Below, one piece after another: positions 63,629 to 64,000 of a stretch of DNA of 64,000 bases. The stretch is taken from contig JBGVHJ010000063.1 in assembly GCA_045122255.1 (NCBI GenBank), positions 25,610-89,609 on the forward strand, given 5' to 3'. Origin of the DNA: Eubacteriales bacterium (GTDB lineage: Bacteria > Bacillota > Clostridia > Oscillospirales > CAG-272). The notes under the pieces are model-generated. The model did not search any database. It was given only the letters and a program-made list of their open reading frames with translations, and had not been told where the DNA came from. The stretch's first letter is position 1; each line of letters begins with the position of its first letter. The position numbers and the translations under genes are program-made.

Positions 63629-64000
63629 ATGTACGCCGTTACAGATGAAAGAATTGGCGAGTCTTCCCTTACCCGTCTTATAAACGAAGGATTTTCGCCC
63701 ATACTTATGCCCCCCGCGACCTATCTTCAGCCCGCCGTATCAGCTCACACCGACATGCTGATTTTTATTGGCTTTGATAGGCTTTTTTGTCATAGGCGCT
63801 ACTTTGAAAGCAACAGAGAGCTTATTGATAAGCTCTGCCGTATCTCCGGCAAGGCTTTGGCGCTTTCCGACGAGCCTACCGGCGAAAAATACCCACTTGA
63901 CGTTCTGTTCAACGCGTGTATTGTGGGAAATAGGCTTATCTGCAACCCAAAAACCGTTTCAAGACTCATACTTGATGCCGCAGCCGAGCAGGGCTTCGAA
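63629..64000 (+). CDS. Hypothetical protein, 3' end outside the window
   Basis: ATG 63629 lies 6 nt after GGAG. The frame stays open for 124 codons to the window edge (MYAVTDERIGESSLTRLINEGFSPILMPPATYLQPAVSAHTDMLIF...). It is absent from the ORF track because no stop is reached. Confidence 0.6.
   Translation, partial: MYAVTDERIGESSLTRLINEGFSPILMPPATYLQPAVSAHTDMLIFIGFDRLFCHRRYFESNRELIDKLCRISGKALALSDEPTGEKYPLDVLFNACIVGNRLICNPKTVSRLILDAAAEQGFE

Overview
This is a 64-kb chromosomal segment of a Firmicute. I infer Clostridia, probably Ruminococcus/Oscillospiraceae-like, from a type-I dockerin protein, GGAGG/GGTGAT Shine-Dalgarno usage and Bacillus-like miaB-ymcA-mutS-mutL and yceD-rpmF/tmcAL synteny. 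I can support about 55 protein genes. Most are housekeeping: rny, tldD/pmbA, tgt, mutL, mutS, ricA(ymcA), miaB, folD, lgt, an M16 peptidase pair, mrp, yceD-rpmF, tmcAL, ansA, rhaA, a flavodiiron protein, mutS2, dxs, lnt, an RluA-family synthase, upp, mtaB and rpmB. By eye I found no rRNA, tRNA, CRISPR array, integrase or transposase. Two things stand out. (1) At 1461-7124 there is a self-contained three-gene operon encoding a TerB-N/TerB-C protein, a DUF2791 (BrxD-like) P-loop ATPase and an Lhr-like DEXH helicase. I read this as a Shango-type (SngABC-like) candidate anti-phage system, whose mechanism is unknown. (2) There is a family of intergenic elements that no CDS explains: a conserved linker, (A)GTGAWAT(T), alternating with perfect mini-hairpins whose sequences vary. 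It occurs at three loci (19769-19880, 30034-30221, 39027-39193). Two copies share an 89-nt segment in opposite orientation with compensatory stem changes. Smaller observations: an exact 34-nt direct repeat (34840/34959); a CTHDCSTCG cysteine motif shared by RicA and Mrp; a giant lipoprotein family next to an AraC regulator; a small accessory islet between miaB and folD; and a terminator-promoter overlap upstream of rny. All calls come from reading the sequence and ORF translations. No database search was run.
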